A stretch of DNA of 30,522 bases from positions 1 through 30,522 of the IMG/VR virus record IMGVR_UViG_3300032216_002044, one strand, 5' to 3'. This document shows, one piece after another, positions 27,521-30,522 of this stretch (within the stretch, counting starts at the first letter, position 1; each line of letters starts with the position of its first letter). Source of the DNA: a virus (taxonomy: Duplodnaviria > Caudoviricetes). The position numbers and the translations under genes were made by a program. The notes beneath the pieces are model-generated. The model saw only the letters and a program-made list of their open reading frames with translations. It was not told the DNA's origin and searched no databases.

Positions 27521-28762
27521 ATGGCAACTAAAAAAATATCACCACAAACTCAAACTACTGTTCTTGAATTGACCGGTAAATTTGGTCCGCAAGGATTTAT
27601 AAGCAAACTTTTTGGTTCTTCCAAAGAGAAGAAAGATATGCAGTTTACAGGTAAAGCCAAAGTAGTCAAAGGCAAAGATACCGCAAGTAAAATAAAACCA
27701 TTACAACAAGGTAATAATTTACTTGATATGTTATTAAAAATTTATACATTCCTACAAAAGAACTTTGATGCTGATAAGTTAGCAAGAGAAAAAGAAAATA
27801 ATTTTAAAGAAGAAGAATTATTAGAAGCACAAAAAAGGCATGAGAAATTATTGGCCGCATTAGAAGATTTAAAAAAGAATTTGATGCCAAAAGAAGTTAC
27901 TGCAGTTCCTGAAAAGAAGGATGAAGGTCCTAGTCTTTTTGATTCTCTTTTCAAAAAATTATATGAAAAGTTATTTGGTGAATTAGAAAAAAAATTACTC
28001 GATAAATTAAAAAATTTATTACCAAAAGAAGCGGAAAAAAGCGTTGAAAAAGCCGGTTCTAGCCGAACTGCACAATTACTCGCTTACTTAGTTGGTGAAA
28101 CTATCGCAGTACCAGCTTTCTTATTTTCTTTGCCTTGGTTTATGGCTGCAAAATCAAAAGCAGATATAGATAAAGACCCATTTAACCCAAAATTTGATGG
28201 TATTCCTTATGCACAAGTTGCCAGAGGTAAAGCAAAAACCCAAGGTGAAGCTGCAGCACAATTTCAAAGAGAAGTAACAAATAAAAGTATTGGAGGAGGA
28301 GGTTATGGACTAACACCTTCAGAAGCAAAAAATATATTAGAAAATGGTACACCAAAAGATATAGAAGCTTTTGGTGGAAAAGAAAAATTACAAGAAATAG
28401 CAAGTCAACCTGAAGCGCCTAAAGTTATGCCAAAAGGTAGAGGTGGATTAACTCAACCACCAAAAGTTGAGCCAACATCACCAACTAGTAATCGTTTTTC
28501 TGCTATGGGTCCGTCAAAACCAAAAAGTGCACCAGTGCAAGGAACACCTGCATCTGATAAATTAAATAATGTTGTTGCTCAGAATAATGAAGCTAAAATA
28601 AATGCAATGCCTGCACCACCAAGTGTATCAACTATTAACAATACAATACAATCTGGTGGTAATAAGAAAACAAAAGCATTCGAAAAACTTGATGTACCGC
28701 ACGTAAGAAATCAAGAAGAAACATTCCGAAAAATGATATTGTATTCTACAAGAGTTGTATAA
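27521..28762 (+). CDS. Second tape-measure-like/tail protein
   Basis: 413 aa; charged coiled coil, one hydrophobic segment (LLAYLVGETIAVPAFLFSLPWFMAA), Pro-rich C-terminus with INNT motif; abuts the previous gene. Confidence 0.6.
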   Translation: MATKKISPQTQTTVLELTGKFGPQGFISKLFGSSKEKKDMQFTGKAKVVKGKDTASKIKPLQQGNNLLDMLLKIYTFLQKNFDADKLAREKENNFKEEELLEAQKRHEKLLAALEDLKKNLMPKEVTAVPEKKDEGPSLFDSLFKKLYEKLFGELEKKLLDKLKNLLPKEAEKSVEKAGSSRTAQLLAYLVGETIAVPAFLFSLPWFMAAKSKADIDKDPFNPKFDGIPYAQVARGKAKTQGEAAAQFQREVTNKSIGGGGYGLTPSEAKNILENGTPKDIEAFGGKEKLQEIASQPEAPKVMPKGRGGLTQPPKVEPTSPTSNRFSAMGPSKPKSAPVQGTPASDKLNNVVAQNNEAKINAMPAPPSVSTINNTIQSGGNKKTKAFEKLDVPHVRNQEETFRKMILYSTRVV

Positions 28763-28763
28763 T

Positions 28764-28806
28764 AAAAAACCCGCCAAAGTGTGCATCGTTGAGAGGCATG
28801 GCGGGT
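28764..28806 (-). terminator. Rho-independent terminator at the convergence of the two transcription units
   Basis: Minus strand ACCCGCCA-N22-TGGCGGGT followed by TTTTTATT. Confidence 0.75.
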
Positions 28807-28819
28807 ATGTTACTGATAT

Positions 28820-28957
28820 TTAAAAATCACACAACCCACATTCAATTACTGCTTCTTGAAATCCTTCGGCACACAAAGGATACATTTTGCCATTTTTTTC
28901 CAAAACAAAACATTTTAAATCTTCATCATATGTTATGTGTTCTGAATAGTTAAACAT
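28820..28957 (-). CDS. Small hypothetical protein, 45 aa, 4 Cys (absent from ORF track)
   Basis: MFNYSEHITYDEDLKCFVLEKNGKMYPLCAEGFQEAVIECGLCDF*; GAGGA 6 nt upstream; fills the gap between the gp32 stop and the terminator. Confidence 0.7.
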   Translation of the reverse strand: MFNYSEHITYDEDLKCFVLEKNGKMYPLCAEGFQEAVIECGLCDF

Positions 28958-28959
28958 AA

Positions 28960-29856
28960 TTAATCCTCTTCAGCTAACTTAGCAAAATAACTCAAATCAT
29001 CATCTTCAGTTACATCTGGTTCAAATGGTGCATCTTCTTCAACCTTAGGTGCTTTCTTAGCTTGCTCTTTGATTGTTTCAACAGTTGTTTTTGCTGATAC
29101 AGTTTCACCATTGAGTCCTAATACTTTGTTCAATCTAGTCTGTAATTCTTCATAAGATTTAAACTTAGAATCGGCAATCTGTTCTTTCAAAGAGAACTCT
29201 TTCTTCCAAATTGCTTCTAATTCAGCATCATCATCTAACAATGGACCGGCTGATTCAAATGAAGATGAGTCATAGTTTTGATAACCATCGACCTTACGAA
29301 TCTTCAACTTGAAGTTAGCACCTTTCCATAAATCAAATGGATTGATTGCTTCTTCATCTTCAAACTCAGGATTCATAGCAGCGGTAATCTTATCAAAGAT
29401 TTTCTTACCAAACTTAAACAACTTCACTTGACCATTGTTTTCTGGATGCTTCGAATCAGATACAATGTAAACGTTAGCAATATAACTTAACTTACGTTTT
29501 TGTTTACGAACTACGTCTTTATTTGCTTCAATGCCTGTTGCCCATAGACTTGAGTTATAGTCACAGATAGGACATTTTTCATTCTTTGTAGTCAAACATT
29601 CATCAATTAACCATTGACCACCAGGACCTTGGAATCCGTGTGTGAATGACTTAACCCAAGGTAATGAATCGTCACCATCAGCTTCTGGTGCAGGTAGAAA
29701 ACGAATAACAGCCATGCCATTACCAACTTTATCGACCTCTGGTTTCCAAAAGTTTTCTGATTTAGAACTGCCTTCTTCTTTACTTGAGAGTGCCTCAACC
29801 GCCGTTTTTAGTTTATCTAAATTACCGGATTGACGCTTAAGATTTGCAAAACTCAT
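28960..29856 (-). CDS. gp32: Single-stranded DNA-binding protein gp32
   Basis: Basic N-terminal LKRQS, GNG.AVIRFLPA, Zn ligands H...C...CPIC, FKFGKKIFDKI, GANFKLKIRKV.GY.NYD.S.F, acidic tail; AAAGGAAG SD. Confidence 0.97.
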   Translation of the reverse strand: MSFANLKRQSGNLDKLKTAVEALSSKEEGSSKSENFWKPEVDKVGNGMAVIRFLPAPEADGDDSLPWVKSFTHGFQGPGGQWLIDECLTTKNEKCPICDYNSSLWATGIEANKDVVRKQKRKLSYIANVYIVSDSKHPENNGQVKLFKFGKKIFDKITAAMNPEFEDEEAINPFDLWKGANFKLKIRKVDGYQNYDSSSFESAGPLLDDDAELEAIWKKEFSLKEQIADSKFKSYEELQTRLNKVLGLNGETVSAKTTVETIKEQAKKAPKVEEDAPFEPDVTEDDDLSYFAKLAEED

Positions 29857-29931
29857 TTTTACTTCCTTTCGTATGTGCGATGTATATAAATGTATAACGG
29901 ATTGTCCACCAACTACTCATAATCAACTGCT

Positions 29932-29960
29932 AGTATAACATAGGATATTCTCTATGTCAA
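29932..29960 (-). promoter_or_regulatory. Sigma70-type promoter for gp32
   Basis: TTGACA (29960-29955), 17-nt spacer ending TGT (extended -10), TATACT (29937-29932). Confidence 0.85.
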
Positions 29961-29962
29961 TA

Positions 29963-29970
29963 TATTTAGG
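29963..29970 (-). promoter_or_regulatory. Possible late promoter variant CCTAAATA upstream of gp32
   Basis: CTAAATA overlapping the stop of the NUMOD3 ORF, just upstream of the -35 box; same core as the site before gp2. Confidence 0.4.
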
Positions 29971-30370
29971 TGTGTATTTTATAATGTATACCAATGTGAT
30001 TATTGGATATTTCTTTACCACAAATAATACAAGAACATCTTAATTTTTTCTTATCTGTTCTATTTTTAGCCGATTCCGACATCTTCTTTTTTGCTTCCTC
30101 AGAATGTGTTCTACCTAAAAAATTTTTATTTTTTCTTCCGGCTTCACGTAATTTTCTTTTAGTTTCTTCAGAAAATATAATACCTTTTCGTATAGAACTC
30201 ATCAGATGTTTTGTTTCTTCGGAAAATTTGAAACCATACATTGGATGTAAATTACCACGCATATATTTTGTTGGTTGAATTCTTATGGTTTCAAATTCTA
30301 TTGGTTTGTATTGTAGGTCAAAAAATTCACATAATGATTTATGATTTTCTTGAGTGAGATATATATCCAT
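29966..30370 (-). CDS. NUMOD3-repeat DNA-binding protein with C-terminal Zn-finger-like motif (homing-endonuclease related, no catalytic domain visible)
   Basis: HPMYG.KFSEETK, FSEETKRKLRE and GRTHSEEAKKKMSES repeats; CSCIICGKEISNNHIGIH; AAAGGA SD. Confidence 0.8.
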   Translation of the reverse strand: MDIYLTQENHKSLCEFFDLQYKPIEFETIRIQPTKYMRGNLHPMYGFKFSEETKHLMSSIRKGIIFSEETKRKLREAGRKNKNFLGRTHSEEAKKKMSESAKNRTDKKKLRCSCIICGKEISNNHIGIHYKIHT

Positions 30371-30371
30371 G

Positions 30372-30425
30372 CTGACATTCCTTTACAATGTTAGAGTAGG
30401 TGCAGACTGCAATCTGGCGACCTAC
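30372..30425 (-). promoter_or_regulatory. Structured 5' leader (two hairpins) of the NUMOD3 gene
   Basis: GUAGGU-cgc-CAGAU(UGCA)GUCUG-c-ACCUAC, then CUAACAUU(GUAAAGG)AAUGUCAG containing the SD. Confidence 0.65.
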
Positions 30426-30428
30426 ACC

Positions 30429-30436
30429 TATTTATA
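30429..30436 (-). promoter_or_regulatory. Consensus T4 late promoter TATAAATA for the NUMOD3 gene
   Basis: Plus-strand tatttata, intergenic, 3 nt ahead of the first leader hairpin. Confidence 0.8.
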
Positions 30437-30440
30437 AAGA

Positions 30441-30522
30441 TTAGAGATACATACTTAGCATAGCGATACAAGATACATAATCTGTGTAAAGTATACCAAT
30501 GCCACCTGCTCTACGCCATTCA
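30441..30522 (-). CDS. 3' end of a probable HAD-family 5'(3')-deoxyribonucleotidase-like gene
   Basis: Hand translation ...EWRRAGGIGILYTDYVSCIAMLSMYL*; EWxxAGGIGIL resembles the C-terminus of phage NT5C-like proteins. Only 26 codons are visible. Confidence 0.55.
   Translation of the reverse strand, partial: EWRRAGGIGILYTDYVSCIAMLSMYL

Noticed and set aside
399-30278. Short ORF-track entries nested in or antisense to the long genes (e.g. 399..590, 835..1056, 3051..3269, 8417..8674, 10173..10481, 18237..18587, 25952..26140, 30003..30278)
   Set aside because: They overlap well-supported genes, show no recognisable motifs and are expected shadows of biased codon usage. 25952..26140 is just the reverse of the 21-nt repeat.
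1051-30370. Alternative genetic code (stop codon reassignment)
   Set aside because: Long conserved genes are intact under the standard code, and TAG/TGA occur at plausible gene ends.
30372-30428. tRNA or known ribozyme in the NUMOD3 leader
   Set aside because: Too short for a cloverleaf, and I could not fit a hammerhead or HDV-like core; kept only as an unclassified structured leader.

Overview
AT-rich segment of a T4-like (Tevenvirinae-like / cyano- or freshwater-myovirus-type) phage genome containing the baseplate and tail morphogenesis module. The minus-strand late block runs gp48, gp53, gp27-like hub, a gp5 apparently split into an OB-fold ORF, a helical ORF and a spike ORF, an unknown ORF, gp25, gp6, gp7-like, a fibre-like protein, gp8, a 2445-aa DUF4815-type structural protein, a small coiled-coil protein and a fibre-like gene running off the left edge. 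The divergent plus-strand block runs gp4, gp2, gp54/gp19-like, gp26, a gp51-like frame and two related proteins in the tape-measure position. Converging from the right are the end of a 5'(3')-nucleotidase-like gene, a NUMOD3/Zn-finger ORF with a structured leader, gp32 and a 45-aa ORF. Four coding regions missing from the ORF track were read by hand (<1..826, 25376..25564, 28820..28957, 30441..>30522). The most notable signals are a canonical T-TTT-TTC -1 slippery site that would fuse gp26 to the start-less gp51-like frame (a lambda G/GT-like arrangement), a protein combining a lysozyme-like domain with an SGNH esterase while gp5 lacks a lysozyme, a cassette of late promoter, double-hairpin leader and nuclease-less NUMOD3 protein upstream of gp32, and late promoters positioned to give leaderless mRNAs. 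All product calls come from recognising motifs and gene order by eye. No database searches were run.
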